A stretch of 64,000 nt of DNA from a virus (Duplodnaviria > Heunggongvirae > Uroviricota > Caudoviricetes), in the IMG/VR virus record IMGVR_UViG_3300008122_000001, positions 119,706 to 183,705 of that record; one strand, written 5' to 3'. Below the pieces are notes generated by a model. It was not told the origin of the DNA, ran no database searches, and saw only the letters and a program-made list of their open reading frames with translations. A program made the position numbers and the translations under genes. Positions 29,719 through 39,655 of this stretch are shown here, in pieces. Every line of letters starts with the position of its first letter. Position 1 is the stretch's first letter.

Positions 29719-30171
29719 ATGCACGTAGATGAAACAGACTTAGAGCTAAGTAGTAAATATCATTCTTTAATGAAAAAAGCTACAACTATAAATCAATGTA
29801 ATATTGATCTATATAAGAAAAAACTTTCAGATAAAGTAGAGATTAATCTTTTTTTAAATCAAAAAGATTTACTTAAGAAAATAACTTTATATAAAGAAGA
29901 TAAAGCAATAGTTTTATATGATCTTATAAAAGATGAATATAATTTTAGGGGTTATAAATTAAAATTAATGTTACTTAAAAAAGGGTATTTAGTTTATAGT
30001 ATTAGACATTTTATACCTAGCTTCTTAACATTTATTAGTGCTTTAATTGGTTTTATTATCTGTTTTAAATTGTTGTTATCTTTTATTTATCTTATGATAT
30101 TAGCTATAGTTATTGCTTTATCTTTTTTAAGGTCAATATATTATTTTAATTCTTTTCTTTATAATGAGTAA
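29719..30171 (+). CDS. membrane protein, 'E-x-DLKLS' two-TM paralogue family
   Basis: MHVDETDLELSSKY N-terminus; C-terminal TM helices. Confidence 0.5.
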   Translation: MHVDETDLELSSKYHSLMKKATTINQCNIDLYKKKLSDKVEINLFLNQKDLLKKITLYKEDKAIVLYDLIKDEYNFRGYKLKLMLLKKGYLVYSIRHFIPSFLTFISALIGFIICFKLLLSFIYLMILAIVIALSFLRSIYYFNSFLYNE

Positions 30172-30176
30172 TTACT

Positions 30177-30629
30177 GTGAATGTTAATGAAAAAGATTTA
30201 AAACTTTCTGATAATTATTTAAAAGCTGTAAAAGAAAGTCGAATTATTTTTGATAAAAAAGAATCAAAAGTTAAACAAATACTTTCTGAATATCAAGAAG
30301 TAAAATTATTTTTATCTGATTATAATAATATTCGTAATTTAATTAAATATGAATCATATTTTAGTTCTTACTCAATATTATTAAATTTTATTGAAGATAA
30401 TTTTAATATTAATAATATCCGTAGTAGTGTACGCTTTTTACTATTACGTAAAGGATACATTTATCCTTTTTATTTTTTACCTCTTATATTCGCAATACTT
30501 TTAGGTGTATCACTTTATTTTATGAGTGGAATACCTTGGTTAGGATTTTGGGCAACTATTTTCGCTCTTCTTCTTCTTATTTCTAGTTTTATTTCAGTAG
30601 TTGGATTATTCAGTCCAACTAAAAATTAA
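30177..30629 (+). CDS. membrane protein, 'E-x-DLKLS' two-TM paralogue family
   Basis: GTG start gives (M)NVNEKDLKLSDNY, consistent with the paralogues; C-terminal TM helices. Confidence 0.5.
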   Translation: MNVNEKDLKLSDNYLKAVKESRIIFDKKESKVKQILSEYQEVKLFLSDYNNIRNLIKYESYFSSYSILLNFIEDNFNINNIRSSVRFLLLRKGYIYPFYFLPLIFAILLGVSLYFMSGIPWLGFWATIFALLLLISSFISVVGLFSPTKN

Positions 30630-30651
30630 CTTATCTTTAAAGGTAGTTGTT

Positions 30652-31866
30652 ATGGAATTGTTACAAAAAGTAAAAGCTCAGACTAGCCCTTTGGTTACGA
30701 AAGAGTTTATTAAAGATGATATTCAAAAAGCATTAGAATTATCATTAAGTACTTCACAAACATATGAACTCTTTGCTCCAACACAAGAAGAAATTCAACA
30801 TGTTAGTGTATTATTTAAAAATCGTAAATTAGATAATATTAATGTTATTACTTATAAAGTAGTATCAGAAATTGCTAAACCTGAATTTGTTGCATTAAAT
30901 AATCAATTAAAGCAATTTACTTCTAAGATTTCATCAATTAAAGCTCCAGGTTTATTTACTCTATTAGATGAATTATCTAAAGGTGTAAATGATGCAGACT
31001 TAGAACAAATTTGGGAACGTACTGTTAATGCTAAGCCTAGTTTAATGGCTCGCTTCCTCTCTGTATTCAATCCTAAAGCTATTGGCACTAATCTACAAAC
31101 TCAGTATGAAAGTGTCTATAAGCTTCTTACAGAGCGTAGTAAAGGCTTAGAAGTTAAGCTTGGTGCTATTGAAAAACAATTAGTACTTCAAAAACATGAA
31201 CAAGAAAACAATATTGCTGCTTTAACTAGTAGCTTTGAAATGTATTTCAATAGTTTTCAAAATGTTCGTACAGAATTCATCTTTACTTTATATTTAGAAG
31301 AATTCTATAAACAAGAAATTGAAAAATTTAAATTAAATAACCCTAATTTACAAGATCTACAATTTACTAGACAATTAAGTGAATATGAAAGTGTTCTAAG
31401 TGATATTGAAAATAAACGTTTAGTATTACATGGTGCATTAATTAAATTCCCTATTATTGTAAAACAAAATGAAAACTTAATTAATGTAAGTAAAAACATT
31501 TTAAAAGAAATTGATAATACTTTGTTAAATAACTTTACAAGTATTCGTAGTAACTTAATGGGTCTTGGTATTTCTTTAAATGCTCAACAAGCTCTTTTAG
31601 GTACTAATCAAGCTAAACTTTTAGATGAACAATCTTCTAAACTTTCTAGTAAAATTGTTGGTGATTTAAGTGTTAAAGCTGAAAAATTTGCTAGTGAATC
31701 TCGTTTACGTGAAGCTGAAAATATCAAAAAATTAGTTGGTGATATCCGAGTAATTAATGATAAAGTTCAACAAGCTAAAGAAGAAAACAAAGCAGATATG
31801 GCTAAAGCTCAAGAAATCTTGAATGATGCTACTGAAGAACTTAAACAAATCTTAGGACAAAGTTAA
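30652..31866 (+). CDS. coiled-coil protein
   Basis: ATG 30652 preceded by aaaggtag RBS (the track start at 30601 overlaps the previous gene); extended predicted helical/coiled-coil sequence. Confidence 0.5.
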   Translation: MELLQKVKAQTSPLVTKEFIKDDIQKALELSLSTSQTYELFAPTQEEIQHVSVLFKNRKLDNINVITYKVVSEIAKPEFVALNNQLKQFTSKISSIKAPGLFTLLDELSKGVNDADLEQIWERTVNAKPSLMARFLSVFNPKAIGTNLQTQYESVYKLLTERSKGLEVKLGAIEKQLVLQKHEQENNIAALTSSFEMYFNSFQNVRTEFIFTLYLEEFYKQEIEKFKLNNPNLQDLQFTRQLSEYESVLSDIENKRLVLHGALIKFPIIVKQNENLINVSKNILKEIDNTLLNNFTSIRSNLMGLGISLNAQQALLGTNQAKLLDEQSSKLSSKIVGDLSVKAEKFASESRLREAENIKKLVGDIRVINDKVQQAKEENKADMAKAQEILNDATEELKQILGQS

Positions 31867-31867
31867 T

Positions 31868-32158
31868 ATGCAATTTATTCCCGATAGTTATTTTTTAACA
31901 ACCGAAGTAGATGTTGATTTAAGTCATATCTATGAAGGTTTGCGCCTTAAAATTCAACAACCAATTGATGTTAAATTTATTGTACTAGATGCATCAAATA
32001 CACTAATTGGTTATGAACAAGAACCTGTACAAGCTGGTAACTATTATCACCCACAACCTGGTACTGATTTTGTTATTCTTGGTCAATTGTTTGATAATGA
32101 TGGTAGTGTGTTACCACTATTAGATAAACAACATTTACTAGGTTCTATAGTATCTTAA
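31868..32158 (+). CDS. hypothetical protein
   Basis: ORF track; followed by a terminator hairpin. Confidence 0.5.
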   Translation: MQFIPDSYFLTTEVDVDLSHIYEGLRLKIQQPIDVKFIVLDASNTLIGYEQEPVQAGNYYHPQPGTDFVILGQLFDNDGSVLPLLDKQHLLGSIVS

Positions 32159-32170
32159 TAATTAAATATA

Positions 32171-32205
32171 AAAGAGAGTTATTAAGTTAGCTCTCTTTTT
32201 AATTA
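32171..32205 (+). terminator. putative intrinsic terminator
   Basis: 8-bp stem AAAGAGAG/CTCTCTTT with 12-nt loop, then TTTAATT. Confidence 0.5.
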
Positions 32206-32216
32206 TAGGTTTTATT

Positions 32217-32717
32217 ATGAAATTTAGAGATTCAAGTGGAAGATCTACAGATAATCCATTTCATTTTTTACAACAAACTAAAAAATATCCTGTTAAAATT
32301 AAAGTACAAGAATTAAGTGAAAGAGAAAAAGCTGAAATAGATTTTGAATTAGATTACATGGTTACAGACTATCAAAATAATAAATGTATTTCTAAAATTA
32401 TTATGGAATATTTTCCTCATTTTTGTAAAAAACATAAATTAAATATTCAAATAATAAAAGCAGAATATATGGAGCAACAAAATTTTACAGGACAAGGATG
32501 GATTCATTACACTTATCCAAATATTCTAAAAATAGAATTAAAGAAAAAAGATTTTGATTTTGAAAATCAATTAAAATACTTTTTAAGTTTATTTTTAGGG
32601 TCAAGTAAGACAGCCCATCTTAATTCTTATGATTTTACTTCTTATTATTTAACTCTTTATCCAAGAAATGAGCGATCTACTTTAGCTGATTTTTATAGAA
32701 TGATGTATGCATACTGA
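32217..32717 (+). CDS. hypothetical protein
   Basis: ORF track. Confidence 0.5.
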   Translation: MKFRDSSGRSTDNPFHFLQQTKKYPVKIKVQELSEREKAEIDFELDYMVTDYQNNKCISKIIMEYFPHFCKKHKLNIQIIKAEYMEQQNFTGQGWIHYTYPNILKIELKKKDFDFENQLKYFLSLFLGSSKTAHLNSYDFTSYYLTLYPRNERSTLADFYRMMYAY

Positions 32718-33000
32718 TACATATGAAATCTACGAAGTACAGTATAAAGGTATAACTATTTATATTGGAAGTGGAAAAACTGGAAGACATTTACATGTTA
32801 AATCTGGTAAAAGTCATAATCCTAAACTAAATGAATTATTCTTTACTGATCCTGATAATATCTTAGTACAAGTATTAAGAGAAGGATTGACTAAAGAAGA
32901 AAGCTTAGAATATGAAAAAGAATATATTCAAGCTATAAGTCCTGAGTATAATATTGTACATACTCGTAAAAATAAAAAAGTAGGTAAATATTGGAAATAA
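32707..33000 (+). CDS. GIY-YIG domain protein (small freestanding nuclease / homing-endonuclease-like)
   Basis: YEIYEV...KGITIYIGSGKTGRHLHVK fits the GIY-(x10)-YIG core plus the conserved Arg; ends with EYNIVHTR. Confidence 0.55.
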   Translation: MHTDTYEIYEVQYKGITIYIGSGKTGRHLHVKSGKSHNPKLNELFFTDPDNILVQVLREGLTKEESLEYEKEYIQAISPEYNIVHTRKNKKVGKYWK

Positions 33001-33001
33001 A

Positions 33002-33334
33002 ATGTTAGACAAACTATTAGTTCAAGAATGGTTATCTGAGTTTGTAGATACATTTTTAAAATCTAGGTATGAACTACAATATACAGATTTTTTATTATCT
33101 GAAAATAGTGGTTATTTTTATATTAAATTTAAAGATAAACTACAACATCTTTATGTATTAAATGGTAATTATAAATTTAATACTCATTTAGTTCTTCGAT
33201 GCCCTTCTTCAAATATTTATAATAAACCTGATAAACACGGGTTATATACTTATTTACATTCTTTATTAGACAACTCAGATGTCTATTCACAATATTTAGT
33301 GAGATTATATAATGTCCCTTTACCAACAAATTAA
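33002..33334 (+). CDS. hypothetical protein
   Basis: ORF track. Confidence 0.5.
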   Translation: MLDKLLVQEWLSEFVDTFLKSRYELQYTDFLLSENSGYFYIKFKDKLQHLYVLNGNYKFNTHLVLRCPSSNIYNKPDKHGLYTYLHSLLDNSDVYSQYLVRLYNVPLPTN

Positions 33335-33746
33335 AACTGAACAATTAGAAGCACGTAAAGCTAAGATTACATTACATACAAATTTGTATACTACTTTACT
33401 TGGTGAAATTCAAACAGCAACTGCTGGTCTTAAAAATGGTTCATCTGAAATTTCAGATTCAGACGTTCTTCGTGTTATTACAAAATTTATAAAAAATGCT
33501 AAAGATTCTCTTGCATTACGTCCTGATAATACTACTGTAAGTTTAGAATTAAAATTGTTAGAAACTTTTTTACCTAAACAATTAACAGACGAACAACTTA
33601 CTGCAATTATTGTAGAAGTTAAAACTCAATGCCATGCTAATTTACAACCTAATGCGATTATAGGTTTTGTAATGAAGCATCTTAAAGCTAACTATGAAAA
33701 TCAGTACGATGCTTCTAAAGTTAAAGATATTGTATTAGGTTTATAA
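33312..33746 (+). CDS. GatB/YqeY-domain protein
   Basis: LLETFLPKQLTDEQL and IGFVMKHLKANYENQYDASKVKDIV match the YqeY consensus (yLP-qLseeEl ... mGkvMg ... gkaDgk-v). Confidence 0.55.
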   Translation: MSLYQQIKTEQLEARKAKITLHTNLYTTLLGEIQTATAGLKNGSSEISDSDVLRVITKFIKNAKDSLALRPDNTTVSLELKLLETFLPKQLTDEQLTAIIVEVKTQCHANLQPNAIIGFVMKHLKANYENQYDASKVKDIVLGL

Positions 33747-33832
33747 TATGGTTAGTAAAGATTTAGGATTAATTGCAAGTAATGGTAAATATTATTCTCC
33801 TAAATATTGGACTTAAATAAGGAAATACAAGA

Positions 33833-34069
33833 ATGTATAAAGTTAAAGATCATGGTGGTGAAAAACTATCAAACAATTTTGTATCAATTGCTTTTAATCG
33901 ACATGATGATACTTATCACATTATTTGGAATAGTCGTTTTAAAACACCATTAAATAAAACATATCGTTTAAGTAATGATTATGATTTTGGATCTATTGAT
34001 GTTAAAGATGCGTTAGTAGAAGCATATCAGAACCCTTCTCTTGTAGCTCCTGGATTAACTTTAATATGA
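33833..34069 (+). CDS. hypothetical protein
   Basis: ORF track. Confidence 0.5.
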   Translation: MYKVKDHGGEKLSNNFVSIAFNRHDDTYHIIWNSRFKTPLNKTYRLSNDYDFGSIDVKDALVEAYQNPSLVAPGLTLI

Positions 34070-34842
34070 AATATGAATTAAAAACAATTGTTACTGCTTT
34101 TAATAGTATAAAAGAAGTGGTAGGTAATAGAAATTTAGGTATTACTAAACAGCTTTATTCTGTTATTGTTTCTTTACCAGATAATCCAATTTATTATCTT
34201 ATTTTTAATAATACTCGACATAAGTATAAAGTATTATTAGAACAAGATGAAGAAATTATTTTAGATACTAAAATATTTATTTCAACACTTAAACCTTTAA
34301 AAGCATATAAATTATCTATTAATGATCAAAAAATAGATACTGGGTTTGCTACAATACAGACTTCTTCTAATAAGCAGAAAATTACAGAAGAAGAAGTTTG
34401 TATTGGTAATATTCAACAAGAACATTTAAATCATTATTTAGACAATAGTTTATATTTAAATACTAATATAGATTTTAGTGAATATTTATATTCTTATAAA
34501 ATAGAAGAAGAAATTTTACAAAAGATTTCTTTTGTAAATATTGAAACTAATGTTTTTATTACTCTTTGTGAAGACAAAACAAGTAATTTAATGAATACTC
34601 ATTTACATGATGGTGTACTTTATTCTAATAATATTGTTCGAATAGAACAAGTTATGAAAAGAATTAAAGATTTCATCCCAACTAAATTAGCAACTCAGTT
34701 AAAAATTCAACGTTCTCAGTATGTAAGTCGATTACAACAAATATATGTAATGTATAGTAATGTAGATGTACATACTTTACCAGATCGTGCTCTGTTTAAT
34801 TCTCTTTGTGATGAACTTGAAATGATAATTCACCCTAAATAG
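34066..34842 (+). CDS. hypothetical protein
   Basis: ORF track; ATGA overlap. Confidence 0.5.
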   Translation: MKYELKTIVTAFNSIKEVVGNRNLGITKQLYSVIVSLPDNPIYYLIFNNTRHKYKVLLEQDEEIILDTKIFISTLKPLKAYKLSINDQKIDTGFATIQTSSNKQKITEEEVCIGNIQQEHLNHYLDNSLYLNTNIDFSEYLYSYKIEEEILQKISFVNIETNVFITLCEDKTSNLMNTHLHDGVLYSNNIVRIEQVMKRIKDFIPTKLATQLKIQRSQYVSRLQQIYVMYSNVDVHTLPDRALFNSLCDELEMIIHPK

Positions 34843-34986
34843 GATACTATAATGTTTATCTTTAATCTTTTAAAAAACTTTGCTTTAGGTTTTATCCAAA
34901 ATATTATTGGAAAGTTTTTTATAAAACTTATTTTTCATTAATAATAGTTAAAAACTATTTGTTGAAATTTAATTAATAGGTAGTTT

Positions 34987-35271
34987 ATGAAATCAGATAA
35001 AGATGCTTATCGTTTTATTTTATTATTTAGACAGTTTATGTTAGTAAATAATAAAACAAAATTTAGTTCTATTGAATTAAAAGATATAAGCAATCAATTA
35101 ATTTCAATTCTAAAATTAAATAAAAAATATTCTCCTCAGTATATTATTTTATTATTAGAGAAATATGGAATTAAAGATATTTTAAATAAACATTCAAAAT
35201 CAAATCGTGGTAAACTTTGGTTTTGTGAACCTTTAAATCCGCAAACTTTGAAGGTTAAAATAAATGTATGA
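34987..35271 (+). CDS. hypothetical protein
   Basis: ORF track. Confidence 0.5.
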   Translation: MKSDKDAYRFILLFRQFMLVNNKTKFSSIELKDISNQLISILKLNKKYSPQYIILLLEKYGIKDILNKHSKSNRGKLWFCEPLNPQTLKVKINV

Positions 35272-35518
35272 TTTAAACATTTTAGAAGATTTTAGAATAG
35301 AATTAAAAGAAGAACTCTCTCAAGAAGATCGTCATAAACTTCTTTTAATTCTTTTTTCATATGGTTTCTTTTGGATAGCTGGTATTAAAGATGAATTATC
35401 TGAAGTAAAATCTTTTGTTTATATTGCAAACAGAAAGATTTATCATACTGATTCTTTCTATTCTTCTTGGGAACATTTTCCTCTACTTACGTATGAGGAA
35501 ATTATTAATGGAAATTGA
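35264..35518 (+). CDS. small protein, LLxIL-SYG paralogue family
   Basis: HKLLLILFSYGFFW core. Confidence 0.5.
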   Translation: MYDLNILEDFRIELKEELSQEDRHKLLLILFSYGFFWIAGIKDELSEVKSFVYIANRKIYHTDSFYSSWEHFPLLTYEEIINGN

Positions 35519-35762
35519 TTTCCATACCATTGAAAATTTTAAGATCCATTTGCCCCACACCCTTTCAAAAGTAGATAGAGATAAAATCCAATTAGTACTA
35601 ATGTCTTATGGTATTAATTGGGACACTAAACATAAAAAACTTTTAGATTTACAAGATATTGTATATGTTAAAGACAGAAATATGTATCATAGTGAGAGTC
35701 TTTTTTACCGTTGGGAACATTTTCTTAAGATAGATTATAAGGATGTTTTAGATGGATATTAA
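35508..35762 (+). CDS. small protein, LLxIL-SYG paralogue family
   Basis: ATG 35508 overlaps the upstream stop; DKIQLVLMSYGINW core. Confidence 0.5.
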   Translation: MEIDFHTIENFKIHLPHTLSKVDRDKIQLVLMSYGINWDTKHKKLLDLQDIVYVKDRNMYHSESLFYRWEHFLKIDYKDVLDGY

Positions 35763-36000
35763 TTTAAATAAGATGGGTTTTAATCTTGAAGGTGTACCAT
35801 TAAATATTCGTCAAAAATTAGAACTTATTTTATTATCATATGATAATATTAATTGGTGTGCTACTAAAAAAAGATTAGATACACATTTACATGAACATGT
35901 CTCAATATATATTGAACGAGGTCAGATTTATGCTTCTTGTTCTCCTTTAACTTCATATTTTACAGAATTAAACATAAATGATTTTATTAAAAATCATTAA
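35752..36000 (+). CDS. small protein, LLxIL-SYG paralogue family
   Basis: QKLELILLSYDNINW core. Confidence 0.5.
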   Translation: MDINLNKMGFNLEGVPLNIRQKLELILLSYDNINWCATKKRLDTHLHEHVSIYIERGQIYASCSPLTSYFTELNINDFIKNH

Positions 36001-36009
36001 GGAAATAAC

Positions 36010-37047
36010 ATGACACAAACAGTTAGTGTACCAGGTACAGAACATAACTTAGGACGTACTGTAGCAGACTTTATGTATGTAGAAGCTACAGGCAAACCTA
36101 AATTAAATAAGCGTTCATATCAAAATAAAATGAACATTGCTTTTAAACAAACAGAAGCTGAATTAAATAAAGACTTAACTAAGTTTTTTCAAGATTCAGG
36201 ATTAGTCTTAAAACATTTTAAAGTATATCATAGTAGTCATTTACTAAGTAAAGATCTACGTATTGCTAATTTCCGTTCTTTTGCAAATGGTTTAACTTTT
36301 ATTGTATTTGAATTTGAAAATAATGCACCATTATTCTACTTCACTATTTGCTCTAAAGACGATAACTTTAGTCGATTAGAAGGTCGTGTATATGCTAAAC
36401 GTAAAGCATTACGTGCATTAACTACTGAAGGTATTGCTGGTCTATTTTCTTATCCTACAGATCCACAATATACATCTAGTATTAATCCATTGAAAATTGG
36501 TAATTGGATTGTTAAACATCATATCTTACCAGAAAAAGAAAAGAAAATTGTTCCAGTAAATGCTTTAAAATACCAAGATGAAGAAAAACTTCTAGGTATG
36601 GCTAAAGAAGTATTAGGTACTAAATATAAATTAGATCCTTCTACATTTAAACTTACTTCTCAATATATTCGTTTCTATCGTAATAAAACTTTTGCTCATG
36701 GTTTAGTTTGTACTCCTGAATGGTTTAAAACACTAGATCAAGAAGGTAAAGAACTCATCTCTAATGGTGGCTATACAGTCTATTCTATGGTAGGTGTTGA
36801 AAAAGAAACTGGGAAACGTTTTGCTGTTGTAACTTTTGCTATCTGTTCTAAAGATGAAGCATTTACTAAATCTTATGGACGTAAGCAATGTTTAATCAAC
36901 TTTATTAAAGATAAAGTTGAAGTGTTCTCTATGGAAAAAGAAGTACCTTCAATGAAAAATGCTTTAATTTCTTTAGCTGAAACTTCTTTACAACATGCTA
37001 TTAATGTTAAAATTGAACCAAAAGAAGCACCCCCTTTAGTGTCTTAA
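36010..37047 (+). CDS. hypothetical protein with internal duplication, probably highly expressed
   Basis: FTICSKDDNFSRLEGRVYAKRKAL repeated as FAICSKDEAFTKSYGRKQCL; good RBS; followed by terminator. Confidence 0.6.
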   Translation: MTQTVSVPGTEHNLGRTVADFMYVEATGKPKLNKRSYQNKMNIAFKQTEAELNKDLTKFFQDSGLVLKHFKVYHSSHLLSKDLRIANFRSFANGLTFIVFEFENNAPLFYFTICSKDDNFSRLEGRVYAKRKALRALTTEGIAGLFSYPTDPQYTSSINPLKIGNWIVKHHILPEKEKKIVPVNALKYQDEEKLLGMAKEVLGTKYKLDPSTFKLTSQYIRFYRNKTFAHGLVCTPEWFKTLDQEGKELISNGGYTVYSMVGVEKETGKRFAVVTFAICSKDEAFTKSYGRKQCLINFIKDKVEVFSMEKEVPSMKNALISLAETSLQHAINVKIEPKEAPPLVS

Positions 37048-37053
37048 TAGATT

Positions 37054-37081
37054 AAGGGGATAAACACTATCCCCTTATTTA
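37054..37081 (+). terminator. putative intrinsic terminator
   Basis: 9-bp stem AAGGGGATA/TATCCCCTT with 5-nt loop, then ATTTA. Confidence 0.55.
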
Positions 37082-37101
37082 TACTGTAAAGGAATTATAC
37101 T

Positions 37102-37497
37102 ATGTCTGAAACCAAAATATTCACTATGTTTATAACAAGTGCATTATTAATTGCTTTTTTAATAATTAAAGGTTTTAATTATTTAGATGATAAAAAAGAT
37201 TATTATGAATTGTTAAAAGAACTAAATAGTGTAGAAGAAACATTAGCTATTTTAAAAGCTAAAAACGAATTGAAACAAATTGAATCAAAACAACCTCAAA
37301 TTAATAAGTTAGTAGCGTATTGTTTACGTAATGTAACTGAACCTGTTCTTGTTTCAGATATGACTAAATGTAAAGATGATGCAATTAAGTTTTTAGGTTA
37401 TGATGAATCTTTTACATCTATTAAAAATAAGTCTAATACTCTTGTTAAATTAGATTTAGAAACGTATTTAAAATTAAAGGAAAAGCATGGTTTCTAA
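37102..37497 (+). CDS. hypothetical protein with N-terminal TM helix
   Basis: ORF track; IFTMFITSALLIAFLII. Confidence 0.5.
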   Translation: MSETKIFTMFITSALLIAFLIIKGFNYLDDKKDYYELLKELNSVEETLAILKAKNELKQIESKQPQINKLVAYCLRNVTEPVLVSDMTKCKDDAIKFLGYDESFTSIKNKSNTLVKLDLETYLKLKEKHGF

Positions 37498-37891
37498 AAA
37501 CATAATATTTACTACTATAGGTGTAATGTTTGTTTTAGTTCTTGTTATTTTAAATAACTCTCTTGTTGAATCTTCAAAAATTAAAGCAGAAGAATTAAAG
37601 GCTAAAAAGTATTTATATTCTTCTGCTGAAATTATACATGCTAGAAAAGTTTTAAATGAAATAAAAATAGCAGAAGAAAATAAAGAAATGTATGACCTTT
37701 GTTTAACAGACGCTAGAGAGTTTCAAGAAAACAAACAAGCATCTAATATATTTATTAATCAATATTGTAAACAAAGAGTTAGACGTTATTTTGGATTACC
37801 TTCTACAGAAGAAGAGTACACAAAATTAAAAGAGATTGCATCAAGACCTTTACCACAATCTATAACGTACAATCAAGAAAAAGATCTCTAA
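37487..37891 (+). CDS. hypothetical protein with N-terminal TM helix
   Basis: ORF track; IIFTTIGVMFVLVLVIL. Confidence 0.5.
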   Translation: MVSKNIIFTTIGVMFVLVLVILNNSLVESSKIKAEELKAKKYLYSSAEIIHARKVLNEIKIAEENKEMYDLCLTDAREFQENKQASNIFINQYCKQRVRRYFGLPSTEEEYTKLKEIASRPLPQSITYNQEKDL

Positions 37892-37905
37892 TTTTAAGGA
37901 GACTT

Positions 37906-38097
37906 ATGTATACTTTTTTTCAGGTTAAAAATTTACAAATCAATGATTTTAATTATTTTTGCTATTCTTTAGGTTATACTTATAAAGTAAAAACTAAAAA
38001 AGAAAAAGAAATTTTAGATAAATGTATTAATGCTATGCATAATGCACGATTACTTTATAATATTAATTATAGAAAATATTTTGAAGCAAATCCATGA
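37906..38097 (+). CDS. hypothetical protein
   Basis: ORF track. Confidence 0.45.
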   Translation: MYTFFQVKNLQINDFNYFCYSLGYTYKVKTKKEKEILDKCINAMHNARLLYNINYRKYFEANP

Positions 38098-38375
38098 AAA
38101 TTTTAGGCGATAAAAGTTACGTTGTGTATAACAAACAAGATTGGCAAAAATTATTACTTATATTATGGCCTCATCTTAATTATAAATTTACTGATCGTTT
38201 ACTTACTCTTGCAAATGTTAAAAATGCAGTATATATACGTATAGTATTAAATAGTATTGATGGGTTAGATTTTGATGGTTGGGGTCAATTGGCAGATTAT
38301 GATTCCTATAATCCTTCTACAATTACTAAAATTGATTGTAAAGATGGATTACCAGATTGGATTACTAACTTATGA
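38094..38375 (+). CDS. small protein, 'NxEDW-LLLIL' paralogue family
   Basis: VVYNKQDWQKLLLILWPHL core; ATGA overlap. Confidence 0.5.
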   Translation: MKILGDKSYVVYNKQDWQKLLLILWPHLNYKFTDRLLTLANVKNAVYIRIVLNSIDGLDFDGWGQLADYDSYNPSTITKIDCKDGLPDWITNL

Positions 38376-38680
38376 TAGATAATACTATTCTTAATAATTT
38401 TCATAATAAAGCTTTTATTATATATACAAATGAAGACTGGTGTAGTTTTTTATTAAAAATAAATCCTTATTTATACAGACCTTTCCATTCAGATTTATTA
38501 GAAAGTTTTAATCAATTTTCAAAACCTTTGTATCTTAGAATGTATGTAGATCCAGATGATAATACCTTACGAATTGATGGATGGGATTTATCATCTAATT
38601 TTAAACGTTTTAATGACCCTACAAAAATAACTCAAGTTGATTGTAGAGAAGGGTTTCCTGATTGGCTTTTGAAATTATGA
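38372..38680 (+). CDS. small protein, 'NxEDW-LLLIL' paralogue family
   Basis: IIYTNEDWCSFLLKINPYL core; shares C-terminal DCxxGxPDW with 38094. Confidence 0.5.
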   Translation: MIDNTILNNFHNKAFIIYTNEDWCSFLLKINPYLYRPFHSDLLESFNQFSKPLYLRMYVDPDDNTLRIDGWDLSSNFKRFNDPTKITQVDCREGFPDWLLKL

Positions 38681-38982
38681 AAAATATTACAGAAATAAAA
38701 ATATTATTAGCTAATAAATCTTTTGTAATAACAAATGAATCAGATTTTTTAAAATTTGTATTAAAGATTTCTCCTTACTTACCTATTGATTCTCAAAACT
38801 CTCTAAGTTCTCTTTTAAAAATAGCTAAAGGTAGTTTACCTATTTATTTGCGTTTTAAATCTGGTCTTAGTCCTCTTGTGTACTATGATGGCTGGTCTGA
38901 AATGGAAAATTATAATAAATATAATAATCCTAAACATTTTGAAAGAATAGATAATCTAACCCCTTATTTGGAAATGTTATGA
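38677..38982 (+). CDS. small protein, 'NxEDW-LLLIL' paralogue family
   Basis: ATG 38677 in ATGA overlap; FVITNESDFLKFVLKISPYL. Confidence 0.5.
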   Translation: MKNITEIKILLANKSFVITNESDFLKFVLKISPYLPIDSQNSLSSLLKIAKGSLPIYLRFKSGLSPLVYYDGWSEMENYNKYNNPKHFERIDNLTPYLEML

Positions 38983-39392
38983 AAACACTTATATTATTAG
39001 ATGATGAAAGAACTTTAAAAGATATTACTTGGGTTAATTATCCCCAATATAAAGAAGTAATTCACTTTAAATTTTTTGAAGAATTTACTAATTTTTGTGA
39101 TAATGTTTTCGGTGGTTTTCTTGGAACTCCTTTAAATTTTAATAATTTAGATTTTTCTTTTGACCATGATATTCAAAGTTTTGATAAGTATGGTAATGAA
39201 TGGACAGGGTATAGTTGTTTAAAATATTTATTGGATACTACTTATTTAATAGATCTTGAATCTTTAATATATACTAAAGAAAAAAATAATATTAATAATT
39301 CTACTTTTTTCTTTCATACAAAAAATCCTGTAGGAAAAGAAAATATGGAAAAATATTATCAAAATTTTATCAAGTTTATTAATGAAAACTAA
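38979..39392 (+). CDS. hypothetical protein
   Basis: ORF track; ATGA overlap. Confidence 0.5.
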   Translation: MKTLILLDDERTLKDITWVNYPQYKEVIHFKFFEEFTNFCDNVFGGFLGTPLNFNNLDFSFDHDIQSFDKYGNEWTGYSCLKYLLDTTYLIDLESLIYTKEKNNINNSTFFFHTKNPVGKENMEKYYQNFIKFINEN

Positions 39393-39654
39393 ACAAGACT
39401 TATTAGGAAAATTTTTAATTTGTTATAATGAAGAAGATTGGTATAAGACTGTTTTAATTTTAAGTGTTTATACTAAAACTCCTCTTTGTGATTTTTTTCC
39501 AACTTTAAACTGGGATTCTTTAAATAAATACCAATATGTTTATATTAAACTAGATGGTACATTAGGTTATGGAGATTCTAGACATATTGATTTAAAATTT
39601 GTAACTGAAAATCTTACAGAAATATGTTTAAAAGATTTTTTTGTAGAATATTAA
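39382..39654 (+). CDS. small protein, 'NxEDW-LLLIL' paralogue family
   Basis: FLICYNEEDWYKTVLILSVY. Confidence 0.5.
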   Translation: MKTKQDLLGKFLICYNEEDWYKTVLILSVYTKTPLCDFFPTLNWDSLNKYQYVYIKLDGTLGYGDSRHIDLKFVTENLTEICLKDFFVEY

Positions 39655-39655
39655 T

